DNA of 64,000 bases from Alphaproteobacteria bacterium. Lineage in GTDB: Bacteria > Pseudomonadota > Alphaproteobacteria > SP197. The stretch's first letter is position 1, and each line of letters begins with the position of its first letter. The stretch spans positions 5,408,001 to 5,472,000 of the forward strand of contig OZ245842.1 of the NCBI GenBank assembly GCA_965228895.1. The letters are read 5' to 3'. Positions 9,429 through 19,587 of the stretch are shown here, one piece after another. The notes beneath the pieces are model-generated. The model did not search any database. It was not told the origin of the DNA and worked only from the letters and a program-made list of their open reading frames with translations. Both the position numbers and the translations under genes were made by a program.

Positions 9429-9908
9429 GTGACGTTTGGACAACGTGAGAGTTTTAACCGACGGACTGACGAGCGGCGTAAATCGCTTAAGCGCGCGGAT
9501 CTCGTGTTCAACAACCGCGCCTCAAGCGTCAGCGGGTTGGTCAGGAACATTTCCGATAACGGCGCGAAGTTTGTCATCGAAGCGCCTGTTGAGATCCCCG
9601 ATCGCGTCTCGCTGCGCTTCAGCAATGGCGAAGAGTTTCAATGTGACGTCGTCTGGAAGAGCAGCGGTACCGAGTTCGGTCTGAGGTTTTGTGACGGCAT
9701 CGAGTTTGACCTGTCGAAGACGAAGCAAGGTCTCAACGCCATCTACCAGATGGCCCGAAACCTCTCGCCGGATGAGATTCTCAAACTCCTGGAAACAGCC
9801 GAGTATTTCGGCGACGAGGAGATCGAGAGCGCCGTCAAAGCTTATGTCGATGCTTACCACGAGATGGTGGGCGTGCTGCAGGAGAGAATCCTGCCGAAAC
9901 AGCATTAG
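9429..9908 (+). CDS. PilZ domain protein with C-terminal extension (paralog 2)
   Basis: RRTDERR and RNISDNGA; colinear with paralog 1; GTG start inferred from the alignment. Confidence 0.8.
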   Translation: MTFGQRESFNRRTDERRKSLKRADLVFNNRASSVSGLVRNISDNGAKFVIEAPVEIPDRVSLRFSNGEEFQCDVVWKSSGTEFGLRFCDGIEFDLSKTKQGLNAIYQMARNLSPDEILKLLETAEYFGDEEIESAVKAYVDAYHEMVGVLQERILPKQH

Positions 9909-10263
9909 AAGAGCTTGAAGTTGCTCGACGCACCGAGCGACGCAACATTCAGGCCGCCGACAAGCAAATCCGACAAAATGTGACCGTGCACACGCGGTTG
10001 AGACGCGATTCCTCCTCATTTCGTCGGTCGCAATTGCTCAAATCAAACCGGTGCTTGCAGATGGCGCGATGCACAGGCCTCTTGACCGATTGAGCAGTAA
10101 CCAGCGACGGCCAACCCCATAACTAGCAGGCAGCCCGGAGACCGGTCGCTTCATACCGGGGCGGTGAGAAGTGTGATGCGGTCTTAACGGGAGGGTGCAG
10201 GCAAGCAGGGCCAATTTTGGATTGTTCCAATCCCAATCGGCCCGGCATTGGGGAGTTCAGACG

Positions 10264-10653
10264 ATGTCAATACCGCCTTGTGCATTTGTTGTCGGCATGA
10301 GCGATGAGGTCCGTGGTGAACTGATCGGCTTGCTGGAGCAAACCGGTTACGACGTGACGCAGCCGGCGCTACATCCCAGTCGCGGTGGTCCCAACCCCAG
10401 CGGCAGGCGCGATTGCGGCATGGTCTTGATTGACGCTAGCGAAGGCGCGCACGAGGCGGCGGTCGAAGAGGGCTTGGCGCGCGACGACACACCGGGAACA
10501 ACGGTGGTTTTGATCAGCGAGAACGCCAGTGTCGCGCTTCCCATTGGCGCTCTGCCTGATGGTGCCTGGGCCCTTGTCCGCAAAGGCGCTAGCGCCAAAT
10601 CAATCATGGATCTGATTGCATTCCTGACGGGTACGACTCATACGATTCACTAG
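10264..10653 (+). CDS. Atypical stand-alone receiver-like protein
   Basis: VLID, VVLIS and LVRK spaced as in a CheY fold; N-terminal acidic pair missing. Confidence 0.45.
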   Translation: MSIPPCAFVVGMSDEVRGELIGLLEQTGYDVTQPALHPSRGGPNPSGRRDCGMVLIDASEGAHEAAVEEGLARDDTPGTTVVLISENASVALPIGALPDGAWALVRKGASAKSIMDLIAFLTGTTHTIH

Positions 10654-10868
10654 AGCGGGTCGCCGACGTCATTTCTTCACCGTAAAATTCGATTCATGAC
10701 TTCGATTGTCGCGATTGGCAGTCAACCGGTTTGTGCGACATCGCGGTCCCATTCACCGGTCTTGTGTTGAAGAGAGCTGTCGCCGGCGGTTCGGCATTTG
10801 ATATTGCCGAACTGTGATGATCAGATAGACGGCGAGCGCGGTAAGGTTCAGCGATTGGGATCGCGGCC

Positions 10869-11243
10869 ATGCCTGACAACAAAGAACCGACGTTAGATAC
10901 GACAATTCTGGATGAGATCCATCGCTCCACCGGCGAGAACGATTTCGCCGAACTGATTGGCGAATTTGTCGAAGCCGTCGAACGCCTCGCTGGCGAGGTC
11001 GCCCTGGCTCAAAAGACGGTCGACATGGAGCGTTTGGAGCGCGCCGCCCACGAATTGGCCGGTATGGTCACCACATTCGGCGCCATGCGTTTGGGCGCTG
11101 CCGCCCGCAGCATCATGTTGGATTGCCGCGGCAACGAGATCGATAGCGCGATGGCGCAGACGTCCGATCTTCACGACTTGATCGATGAGGCGCTTGACGC
11201 GCTGAACGCCAGGTTCCCGGCCATGTCGCTTAACAAGGCCTAG
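10869..11243 (+). CDS. Hpt histidine phosphotransfer protein
   Basis: LERAAHELAGMVTTFGA. Confidence 0.85.
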   Translation: MPDNKEPTLDTTILDEIHRSTGENDFAELIGEFVEAVERLAGEVALAQKTVDMERLERAAHELAGMVTTFGAMRLGAAARSIMLDCRGNEIDSAMAQTSDLHDLIDEALDALNARFPAMSLNKA

Positions 11244-11288
11244 TGACGACCGTCGGCGCGTCAGTGACGTGTAACGCGCGGCGTCTTG

Positions 11289-14200
11289 TTAGTGGTTGCT
11301 GGACCGGATGTCGTGCGTTGCGGGTTTCGATGGCAACCAACGAGCGATGAGGGCCAGCAGCTCCGGTTTTCGGACGGGTTTGGCCAGATGGTCCGACATG
11401 CCGGCTTCAAGGTAGCGCTGACGGTCGCCACGCAGGGCATCGGCGGTCAGGGCGATGATCGGCAGGTCGGCAAAGGTGTTGCCCAGGCGGCGCATCCGAC
11501 GCGTTGCTTCGATACCGTCCATTTCCGGCATGCTGGCATCCATCAACACGAGGTCGTAGTGCCGTTTGCGTGCGGCGTCCAACGCCTCAAGGCCGTTGTT
11601 CGCGATGTCGACACGGTATCCCGCCGATTCGAGGATTTTCACCGTCACCAGTTGGTTGACCCGGTTGTCTTCGGCCAACAGCAGACGGCGCCCCTTTCCA
11701 GGCAGCGCTTTGTCACCAGACTTGGCTTGTGATCTCGCCTGTCTGCTGGCGGCGCTGTCGGTGCCCAGGATGGCGGGAACCAAATCGCGCTGATGGACGG
11801 GAACCTGGACGAAGCCATCGGCGCCGTCTTGCGATGAGACATTGACGCCGATTGGCACCGCGCTGACGAGCCGGGCGCTGTCCCGGTCCGTCATGGCGCT
11901 CAAGCGTCGGACCTCGCCGGCGATGTCGACGTTGGCGCTGAGATGCCCGATCAAGATGGCGTTGTGGCGCTCGCTTCTGGTGCCGACGTGGTCGACGGTG
12001 CCGGAACTTGCGACGTCGACGCTGGCCCCAGCAGTCACAAGTTGCCGTTTGATCAGCGCGCTGCCGACGTCGGTATCGTCGACCAACAGGACGTGCGAGC
12101 CGGCAAGTGGCTTGACCTGCGGGGCCGGCGTGCCAGGCACCGCATCGAATTTGGCGGTGAACCAGAACGTCGATCCTTGTTCAGGCGTCGAATCGAAACC
12201 GATGTCGCCATGCATCATGCTGACGAGGCGTTGAGATATCGCCAGACCCAATCCGGTGCCGCCGCGCGAGCGGCCGGAAGACGGGTCGATTTGGGTGAAC
12301 ATATCGAACAGACGCTCGCGCGCGTCATGGGGAATGCCGATGCCCGTGTCAGCAACGGTAAACCGCAGCATTGGACCACCACCATCGTCGCCGGTCGTCG
12401 AGACATCCACGGTCACGCCGCCACTCTCGGTGAACTTCAGCGCGTTGCCGAGCAGATTGAGCAAGATCTGGCGAATCCTACCCGCGTCGCCTGACAGCAT
12501 CGCCGGGACGTCGGCCGCGATATGAGCGCCGATGACCAGGTCTTTGGCCGATGCGATGGGGTAAAGCAGGTCGATGACGCTGGTGACCGTGTCTTCAAGT
12601 TCGAACGCGGCGATTTCCAGATCCATCTTGCCGGCTTCGATCTTGGATAGGTCGAGGATGTCGTTGATGATCGTCAGCAGCGCCTCGGCGGACTGGCGCA
12701 TATTGCTGACATAGCGTGCATGTTCGCGATCGAGATCCGCCTCGGACAAAAGGTTCGCCATGCCCAGGATGCCGTTCATGGGCGTGCGGATCTCATGGCT
12801 CATGGTTGCCAGGAACCGCGACTTCGCGTCGTTCGCCGCCTCGGCCTGTTCCTTCAGGTCACGCAATGTCTGCTCGATCTGCTTGCGTGGCGTTATGTCC
12901 TGGATGGTCGAGATTTCCCGGTGCGTCGCACGGCCATTCTGCTCCAAACGATGCACCACTTCGTTGATGTGGCAAATCTGCCCGTCGCCGCGGATCATCC
13001 GATACTCGATGTCCAGGGGTTTGCCGGTCGCCTCACCACGCCGGTAGGCCTCTGCGACACGGTCTCGGTCATCAGGGTGCACATAGAGACTGAGTTCTTC
13101 TTGCCACGGCAGCAGCATGTCCTCGCGCGTAACGCCAACAATTTCGGCCGCAACGTCGGAGCAATCGACTGCCCGATCGAGTTCGAGGTCATAGATCACG
13201 TGGCCGACCCGCGCGACGCTTTGCGCAACCGCCAGGACCGTTCGCTGCTCCTCCAAGTCCAGTTGAGTTTGGCGAATATCCGTCAGGTCAAGGACCGCGC
13301 CGATCCCACGCTGCGCGTTCTTGCCGTCACCGTCGATTGTCTCGCCCATCTCGCGTACCCACCTGACCTCGCCGTCGGGCCTGATGATGCGATACTCAAG
13401 ATCATAGGGTTCGCGCGACGCCTGCGCGGCTTCAATGATCCGTTGCGCGTGCTCGCGATCGTCGGGATGCGCCAGGCTGTACTCGCTGCCGTCATAGGTC
13501 AGCAGTTCCTCTTCGGATCGACCATAAATGGCGGCGAACTCCGGCGACACATGAACGAACCGGTTTGCGACGTCGTCAAAGATGAACGTGCCCATCTGTG
13601 CGATACGCTGGGTCGTCGCCAGAATCATCGCGGTTTCTTGAAGCTGGGCGGCCGCTTCGCGGTCGCGGGTCACGTCGATTATCGCGCCGACCAGGCGATT
13701 GGGTTTGCCGGACCCGGCATCCAGGACAGCGACGATGTCGCGCACGCGGATCAGTCGGCCGTCCTTGCAGGTCAGTGTGTATTCGGCCTCGCCCTGTGAA
13801 CCCTCCTTGACGACCGCGTTGAAAATCTGTGCGACGCGATCGACATCGTGTTCGTGCACGGCGGCCAGCGGAGCGGTTCCAAGCGCATTGAGGTCATCGG
13901 GCGTGTACCCGGAAATGTCCTGCAAGCTCTTCGACACGAAGGTGAAGCGGTTGGTGTCGAGATCGATGACGTAATGGCCGAAGCGGGCGACCTCCTGTGC
14001 GAAAGCCATGGTGATGCGGTTGTCTTGCAGTTCCTGTTCGGCTGCACGGATATCGGTCATGTCGATCACGGTGCCGATCGAGCGTGCCGTCGCCTGACCG
14101 TCCTTCATGACGTACTCGCCGGACTCGCGCACGTAGCGGATGTCGCCGTCGGGCCTTACCATGCGGAAGTCGATCGTATAGGGCCGGCGTTGTTCGGCGG

Positions 14201-15101
14201 CGTCGCCAAACTCCTGCGCGACGGCGGCGCGGTCGTCTGGATGAACAAATGCCATGGTGCGTTGCCATGGCGACATGGCCTCTTCTCTTGAGACGCCAGA
14301 GATCTCGATGTATGCGTCGGAACAAGAGACAACGCGGTCAAGGTCGTCGTCATAGACATAATGCCCGAACCGCGCGATACGTTGTGCGGTCGCCAGGATG
14401 GCTTGGTTCTCGTTGAGTTTGGCCTCTCTCTCCCGAAAGTCCGTGATGTCCATGATCGTACCGATCGACCGGTCGGTCGGTTTGCCGTCACGTTTCAGGA
14501 AACGGCAGGACTCCCTGACATAGCGAACCGTGCCGTCGGGATGGACAACGCGGTAATCGACGTTGTAGGGCGCGCGCGCCTCGCTTGCCTCGTTGAAAAT
14601 CCTTTCGATGCGTTCGCGGTCCTCCGGGTGAACGAAGGTCAACTCGTCGTCCCACTCGCGTGGCAGTGAGTCCAGCGTATAGCCGTGGATCGCGGCGAAC
14701 TGCTCGGAAGCCTCTTCGTAAAGCTCAGTCGCTTCGTTGAATGTGTAGTAGCCGACGCCAGCAAGGTCGGCGGCGTCATTGAGCAGCGCGTTTGATTCGG
14801 CCAGACGCCGCCTGTCCGCATAGTGAACATCCAGGCGGCGAGCCAGGATAATGACGACGGCGAAGGTCGCGACGGCGGCGAGCAGCGCGGCGACGTCGCC
14901 GGCGAGCACCCAGTCGAGCCACGTCGAAAGATCGGCCTGAAAATGGCTTTGCAGCAGGTGGACGACCGATTGAAGCGCAACGAACCCGATCAAGGCGACC
15001 AGGGCTGCCGTCAGCAGACTGCGGTGGCGCAAGACGATAATGCCGGCCACCACAAGCGAGGCGAGCAGCAGACCGGTGGAAATGATCAGAAAGCCGTTCA
15101 T
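11289..15101 (-). CDS. Hybrid sensor histidine kinase (TM, 5 PAS, HisKA, HATPase, degenerate REC, REC)
   Basis: SHEIRTPMNG, NLLGNALKFT, DTGIG, GTGLGL, LAEDN...LMDASMP; five PAS/PAC repeats ending in DIT/DMT/DVT/DLT. Confidence 0.93.
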   Translation of the reverse strand: MNGFLIISTGLLLASLVVAGIIVLRHRSLLTAALVALIGFVALQSVVHLLQSHFQADLSTWLDWVLAGDVAALLAAVATFAVVIILARRLDVHYADRRRLAESNALLNDAADLAGVGYYTFNEATELYEEASEQFAAIHGYTLDSLPREWDDELTFVHPEDRERIERIFNEASEARAPYNVDYRVVHPDGTVRYVRESCRFLKRDGKPTDRSIGTIMDITDFREREAKLNENQAILATAQRIARFGHYVYDDDLDRVVSCSDAYIEISGVSREEAMSPWQRTMAFVHPDDRAAVAQEFGDAAEQRRPYTIDFRMVRPDGDIRYVRESGEYVMKDGQATARSIGTVIDMTDIRAAEQELQDNRITMAFAQEVARFGHYVIDLDTNRFTFVSKSLQDISGYTPDDLNALGTAPLAAVHEHDVDRVAQIFNAVVKEGSQGEAEYTLTCKDGRLIRVRDIVAVLDAGSGKPNRLVGAIIDVTRDREAAAQLQETAMILATTQRIAQMGTFIFDDVANRFVHVSPEFAAIYGRSEEELLTYDGSEYSLAHPDDREHAQRIIEAAQASREPYDLEYRIIRPDGEVRWVREMGETIDGDGKNAQRGIGAVLDLTDIRQTQLDLEEQRTVLAVAQSVARVGHVIYDLELDRAVDCSDVAAEIVGVTREDMLLPWQEELSLYVHPDDRDRVAEAYRRGEATGKPLDIEYRMIRGDGQICHINEVVHRLEQNGRATHREISTIQDITPRKQIEQTLRDLKEQAEAANDAKSRFLATMSHEIRTPMNGILGMANLLSEADLDREHARYVSNMRQSAEALLTIINDILDLSKIEAGKMDLEIAAFELEDTVTSVIDLLYPIASAKDLVIGAHIAADVPAMLSGDAGRIRQILLNLLGNALKFTESGGVTVDVSTTGDDGGGPMLRFTVADTGIGIPHDARERLFDMFTQIDPSSGRSRGGTGLGLAISQRLVSMMHGDIGFDSTPEQGSTFWFTAKFDAVPGTPAPQVKPLAGSHVLLVDDTDVGSALIKRQLVTAGASVDVASSGTVDHVGTRSERHNAILIGHLSANVDIAGEVRRLSAMTDRDSARLVSAVPIGVNVSSQDGADGFVQVPVHQRDLVPAILGTDSAASRQARSQAKSGDKALPGKGRRLLLAEDNRVNQLVTVKILESAGYRVDIANNGLEALDAARKRHYDLVLMDASMPEMDGIEATRRMRRLGNTFADLPIIALTADALRGDRQRYLEAGMSDHLAKPVRKPELLALIARWLPSKPATHDIRSSNH

Positions 15102-15285
15102 AACGCCTTTCTAGTCACGTTCGCTGCCCATCGAAGGATGCAAGCAAAGGCAAACCATGGTGCCGCAGAATACTATCTTTTGGTGTAGGTGAACAGGTTT
15201 TGCGCCCCGATCGCGCGCCGCCCGTCGTGCCTGCGGGCTAGGCCCTTCTGACGGGGCCAAGCCCGCCGACACGGTCAATTCGGGC

Positions 15286-15408
15286 TCAGTAGAGCCGCAG
15301 CACAAAGGCGCCGACGGCCATGAACGGAGTCGACATCACGAGCCCCGCCACCACGACCGTTACCGTTCCGGCTACTTGATGCAGGTTGAATGTGTTGATC
15401 TTGGTCAT
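15286..15408 (-). CDS. Putative 40-aa single-TM small protein (below the ORF-track cutoff)
   Basis: MTKINTFNLHQVAGTVTVVVAGLVMSTPFMAVGAFVLRLY; GGGGGAAG upstream; hairpin at 15241-15258 downstream. Confidence 0.5.
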   Translation of the reverse strand: MTKINTFNLHQVAGTVTVVVAGLVMSTPFMAVGAFVLRLY

Positions 15409-15544
15409 CTTGCTTCCCCCTGTGGGCCATGGCGCCCACGTCCATAGAACTCATGTGGCGCGCGCATGGCTGGGTTGCGACCTCGTTTGCTGTGACGCCG
15501 GTCACGTTCAACCCCATTCGCTCCAAATCGGCCCACCGGCGCGC

Positions 15545-15558
15545 TTGACTCAGGTCAA
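15545..15558. promoter_or_regulatory. FNR/FixK box
   Basis: TTGAC-TCAG-GTCAA upstream of the hemerythrin gene. Confidence 0.75.
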
Positions 15559-15616
15559 TGCGTTGGCTGCTGCGCCCGGCCCATGCTCTCGGGACAGGAC
15601 GGCAAGGGGACGTCAC

Positions 15617-16174
15617 ATGGTCCGAGCCAAGAACGATTCGGGCGCCAGCCCCGAAGGGGCCGGCGCGTTGCGGATATCTGATCCCATTGAGTTCCTTTAT
15701 GGCGAGCACGACCGACAGCTTGTGATTTGCGCGGCGCTGGATCACCTGGCGTCCGCTCCAGGTGCGCCTGATGCACGCGAGACGGCGGACCTCATTCTCA
15801 ACTATGCCGATACCGACATGCCGCTCCATCTGCGCGATGAGGAAGAGGATCTGTTTCCGCGTCTTCTGGAGCGCTGCGAGCCCGAGGATGGCCTCGAGAA
15901 CCTGGTCGATCAGCTTGAACACGAACATGAGACCGACAACGCCCTCTATCAGCGGCTGAAGGGCGCCCTGAAAACGCTCGCCGAAGGCGGTACGTTGCGC
16001 CATCCTGAGGTCTTCGAGAGCGATGCCCAGGCGTTCGCCCTGCTGCAACGGCGCCATCTCAATTGGGAGAACGGCACCGTCCTGCCGCTTGCAAGGCAGC
16101 GCCTGACATCGCAGGACCTGGAAGAGATGAGGGTTGCTATGGCGGCGCGCCGTCACGGGACATCAGTCGACTGA
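15617..16174 (+). CDS. Hemerythrin/HHE cation-binding domain protein
   Basis: EHDRQ, HLRDEEEDLFPRL, EHE, HLNWENGTVLP. Confidence 0.85.
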   Translation: MVRAKNDSGASPEGAGALRISDPIEFLYGEHDRQLVICAALDHLASAPGAPDARETADLILNYADTDMPLHLRDEEEDLFPRLLERCEPEDGLENLVDQLEHEHETDNALYQRLKGALKTLAEGGTLRHPEVFESDAQAFALLQRRHLNWENGTVLPLARQRLTSQDLEEMRVAMAARRHGTSVD

Positions 16175-16175
16175 T

Positions 16176-17063
16176 ATGACGGATCCGACCGGGGGCGATC
16201 AGCCGCGCCGCGCGGCTGCGACACTTGATGCGCTGTTGCCGGCCGAAATTGCCCGCAAGGCCGAGGAGGTCGGTGTCGCCAAGGCGGAGATGAACGCCTT
16301 GTCGCTGCTGGTTCTGGCGGTCTTGGCGGGCGCCTTCATCGGTCTGGGTTCCATGGCCGCGACCATTGTGTGGACCGACGCTTCGCCCGCCATGCCCTTC
16401 GGCGTCGCGCGCATGCTGGGTGGGCTGGTGTTTGCGCTTGGTCTGATCCTTGTGGTCCTGGGCGGCGCCGAACTCTTTACCGGCAACAATCTGATGGTCA
16501 TCGCGGCCGCCAGCCGCCGTATCGGTCTTGTCGCTCTGTGTCGTGCCTGGGTGATCGTCTTCGTCGGCAACATGATTGGCGCTGTCGGTACCGCAGCTCT
16601 CGTGTTTTTGGCCGGGCAGCACGACTTCGCCGGGGGTGGCGTCGGCCAGACAATGCTTGCCATCGGCAGCGCCAAGGCCGAGATGCCCTTCGCCCGCGCC
16701 TTCTTCCTGGGCATTTTGTGCAATGTACTGGTCTGTCTGGCGGTCTGGCTGTGCTACGGCGCCCACACGACCACCGACAAGCTGCTGGCGATCCTCTTCC
16801 CGATTGCCGCCTTCGTGGCCGCGGGTTTCGAGCATTCGGTCGCCAATATGTACTTCATCCCGCTCGCCATAATCGTCAAGGCGTTCGCCGCCGACAGCTT
16901 TTGGGCCATGATCGGCGCCTCTCCGGCTGATTTTGGCGGCCTGACGCTTGCCGGGCTGGTGCAAAACCTGGTGCCGGTCACGCTTGGCAACATCGTGGGC
17001 GGCGGCGTGTTGGTCGGGATGGTTTACTGGTTCGTCTATCTGCGGCGCGCAGGGCAGGGTTGA
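16176..17063 (+). CDS. Formate/nitrite transporter (FNT, FocA-like)
   Basis: GAELFTGN, GILCNVLVCLAVW, GFEHSVANM, VTLGNIVGG. Confidence 0.92.
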   Translation: MTDPTGGDQPRRAAATLDALLPAEIARKAEEVGVAKAEMNALSLLVLAVLAGAFIGLGSMAATIVWTDASPAMPFGVARMLGGLVFALGLILVVLGGAELFTGNNLMVIAAASRRIGLVALCRAWVIVFVGNMIGAVGTAALVFLAGQHDFAGGGVGQTMLAIGSAKAEMPFARAFFLGILCNVLVCLAVWLCYGAHTTTDKLLAILFPIAAFVAAGFEHSVANMYFIPLAIIVKAFAADSFWAMIGASPADFGGLTLAGLVQNLVPVTLGNIVGGGVLVGMVYWFVYLRRAGQG

Positions 17064-17073
17064 CTCAGATCAA
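17060..17073. promoter_or_regulatory. FNR/FixK box of ccoNOQP
   Basis: TTGAC-TCAG-ATCAA overlapping the FNT stop codon. Confidence 0.8.
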
Positions 17074-17185
17074 TGCTGCACTTGCGAACGACCTGGAGTA
17101 TGCACCGCGTGTTCAAAGGAAACGGCAACCGTAGAGCGGGATAGCCGAACTGTGGCGTGTCAATTCCGTTTGGGGGGAATGACGA

Positions 17186-18667
17186 ATGGCCGAAACGGCA
17201 CTAGTCGGTGGGACCGCGGTTCCCAGGGAAACCGTGACGTACAACGACGCGGTTATCCGGCGATTTGCCGTCGCGACCATGTTCTGGGGCATCGTGGCGT
17301 TTCTCGCAGGCGTCTATATCGCGCTGCAACTGGCGTTTCCGATCTTGAATCTGGACTTGCCGTGGACGACCTTCGGGCGGCTAAGGCCGGTGCATACGTC
17401 GGCCGCGGTTTTTGCCTTCGGCGGTAACGCGCTTTTTGCCGCCTCGCTCTACTGTGTCCAGCGGACCTGCCGGACATCGCTGTTCGGCGGCGCGCATGCC
17501 GGCAATTTCCTGTTCTGGGGCTATAACTTCTTCATCGTCATCGCGGCCTGGGGCTATGTCACCGGTGTCACGCAAAGTCGCGAATACGCCGAACCCGAAT
17601 GGATGGCCGACCTGTGGCTAACCGTGGTTTGGGTGGTCTATCTGGTCGTCTTCGTCGGCACGATCATGAAGCGGCGCGAGCCGCACATCTATGTCGCCAA
17701 CTGGTTCTTTCTGGCCTTCATCATCACCGTGGCGATGCTGCACATCGTCAACAACCTGGCGATCCCGGTCGACTGGACGGGCGCCAAGAGTTATTCGCTG
17801 TTCTCCGGCGTCCAGGACGCGCTGACCCAGTGGTGGTACGCCCATAACGCGGTGGGTTTCTTCCTGACCGCCGGTTTTCTGGGCATCATGTATTACTTCG
17901 TGCCCAAGCAGGCGGAGCGGCCGATCTATTCCTACCGGCTCTCCATCGTCCATTTCTGGTCGCTGATCTTCCTCTATATCTGGGCCGGCCCCCATCACCT
18001 GCACTACACGTCACTGCCCGACTGGGCGCAGACGCTGGGCATGACGTTCTCGGTGATGCTGTGGATGCCGTCATGGGGCGGCATGATCAACGGCCTCATG
18101 ACGCTGTCGGGCGCCTGGTACAAACTGAGGACCGATCCGGTCCTGCGCATGATGGTGGTGTCGCTGGGTTTCTACGGCATGTCGACCTTTGAGGGCCCGG
18201 TCATGTCGATCAAGGCGGTCAACGCGCTGAGCCACTACACCGACTGGACCATCGGCCACGTGCATTCCGGCGCGCTGGGCTGGGTCGCCTATATCAGCTT
18301 TGGCGCGCTCTATTATCTGTTCCCGAAACTGTGGGGGCGCGAGCGGCTCTATTCGATCAAGCTGGTCAACTGGCACTTCTGGATCTCGACCGTCGGCATC
18401 CTGCTTTACATCATCTCGATGTGGATCTCCGGCATCATGCAGGGCCTGATGTGGCGGACATACGATGCGCTCGGCTTCCTGCAGTACTCGTTCGTCGAGA
18501 CCGTTGCCGCCATGCACCCGTTCTACGTCGTTCGTGCGCTGGGTGGCGTCCTGTTCCTGATCGGCGGCTTGATCATGGCTTACAACCTGTGGCGCACGGT
18601 GCGCGGCGATGTACGCGACGAGGTACTCGCCCAGCCGCCGCAATCCGCAACGCAGCCGGCGGAATAG
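17186..18667 (+). CDS. ccoN: cbb3-type cytochrome c oxidase subunit I
   Basis: [39 protein letters not shown]. Confidence 0.97.
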   Translation: MAETALVGGTAVPRETVTYNDAVIRRFAVATMFWGIVAFLAGVYIALQLAFPILNLDLPWTTFGRLRPVHTSAAVFAFGGNALFAASLYCVQRTCRTSLFGGAHAGNFLFWGYNFFIVIAAWGYVTGVTQSREYAEPEWMADLWLTVVWVVYLVVFVGTIMKRREPHIYVANWFFLAFIITVAMLHIVNNLAIPVDWTGAKSYSLFSGVQDALTQWWYAHNAVGFFLTAGFLGIMYYFVPKQAERPIYSYRLSIVHFWSLIFLYIWAGPHHLHYTSLPDWAQTLGMTFSVMLWMPSWGGMINGLMTLSGAWYKLRTDPVLRMMVVSLGFYGMSTFEGPVMSIKAVNALSHYTDWTIGHVHSGALGWVAYISFGALYYLFPKLWGRERLYSIKLVNWHFWISTVGILLYIISMWISGIMQGLMWRTYDALGFLQYSFVETVAAMHPFYVVRALGGVLFLIGGLIMAYNLWRTVRGDVRDEVLAQPPQSATQPAE

Positions 18668-18678
18668 GGGGCGGGACC

Positions 18679-19413
18679 ATGGCTAGGTTCATCAATCACA
18701 AGCGTATCGAACGCAACGTAACGCTGATGTTGGTCTTGACCCTGATCACCGTCGCCATCGGCGGTCTGGTCGAGATCGTGCCGCTCTATGTGGTCGACAC
18801 CACGATCGAGCGGGTCGACGGCGTGCGCCCCTATTCGCCGCTGGAGCAGCGCGGTCGCGACATCTATATCCGCGAGGGTTGCTATGTCTGCCACAGCCAG
18901 CAGATCCGTCCGTTCCGCGACGAGGTCGAGCGCTATGGCCATTACAGCCTGGCGGCTGAAAGTATGTACGATCATCCCTTCCAGTGGGGTTCCAAACGAA
19001 CCGGACCTGATCTGGCGCGGGTCGGCGGCAAGTTCTCCAACGAATGGCATGTCGCGCATTTCCTGAACCCGCGCGAGATTGTCCCGGAGTCGATCATGCC
19101 GGGTTATGCGTTCCTGGCCGATCGCAAGCTGGAGACCGAGGATATTGTCGCGCGTCTGGAAGCGCTGAGCATAGCCGGTGTGCCCTACGACGAGGCGATG
19201 CTCGAAAACGCCTATGCCGACCTGCTCGCTCAGGCCGACCCCAACGGCGATCACACCGGCCTGCTGGAACGTTATCCCAAGGCCGCGGTCGGCGACTTTG
19301 ACGGCAACCCGCGCGAGCTTACCGAGCTCGATGCGATGATCGCCTATATGCAGATCCTTGGCCGCATGGTCGACTTCGCCGACATCGATGCCGGCGACGT
19401 GGTCCAGCAATAG
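18679..19413 (+). CDS. ccoO: cbb3-type cytochrome c oxidase subunit II
   Basis: [23 protein letters not shown]. Confidence 0.96.
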   Translation: MARFINHKRIERNVTLMLVLTLITVAIGGLVEIVPLYVVDTTIERVDGVRPYSPLEQRGRDIYIREGCYVCHSQQIRPFRDEVERYGHYSLAAESMYDHPFQWGSKRTGPDLARVGGKFSNEWHVAHFLNPREIVPESIMPGYAFLADRKLETEDIVARLEALSIAGVPYDEAMLENAYADLLAQADPNGDHTGLLERYPKAAVGDFDGNPRELTELDAMIAYMQILGRMVDFADIDAGDVVQQ

Positions 19414-19421
19414 GTAGCGCG

Positions 19422-19583
19422 ATGTCACTCCAGGAAATCTCGGACATCGCCCGCGAACTCTGGGTCGTTTGGCTGATCGTGCTGTTCGTCGGCATCATCA
19501 TCTGGGCCTACCGGCCGCGTAGCAAAAAGAGTTTCGAGGAACAGGGCAAAATCCCGTTCCGCGACGACAACGGGGAGGCCTGA
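19422..19583 (+). CDS. ccoQ: cbb3-type cytochrome c oxidase subunit IV
   Basis: 53 aa with LFVGIIIWAYRP...IPF, between ccoO and ccoP; translated by hand. Confidence 0.88.
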   Translation: MSLQEISDIARELWVVWLIVLFVGIIIWAYRPRSKKSFEEQGKIPFRDDNGEA

Positions 19584-19587
19584 GCCG

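Noticed and set aside
10105-10150. Cobalamin riboswitch-like words (CCCCATAACT, AGCCCGGAGACCGG)
   Set aside because: No AGGGAA/CGGTG core upstream and no B12-related gene downstream.
12880-14790. Nucleotide-level repeats in the kinase gene
   Set aside because: Explained by tandem PAS domains.
15395-15408. FNR-like TTGATCTTGGTCAT
   Set aside because: Imperfect and lies inside the first codons of the small ORF; not called as a site.
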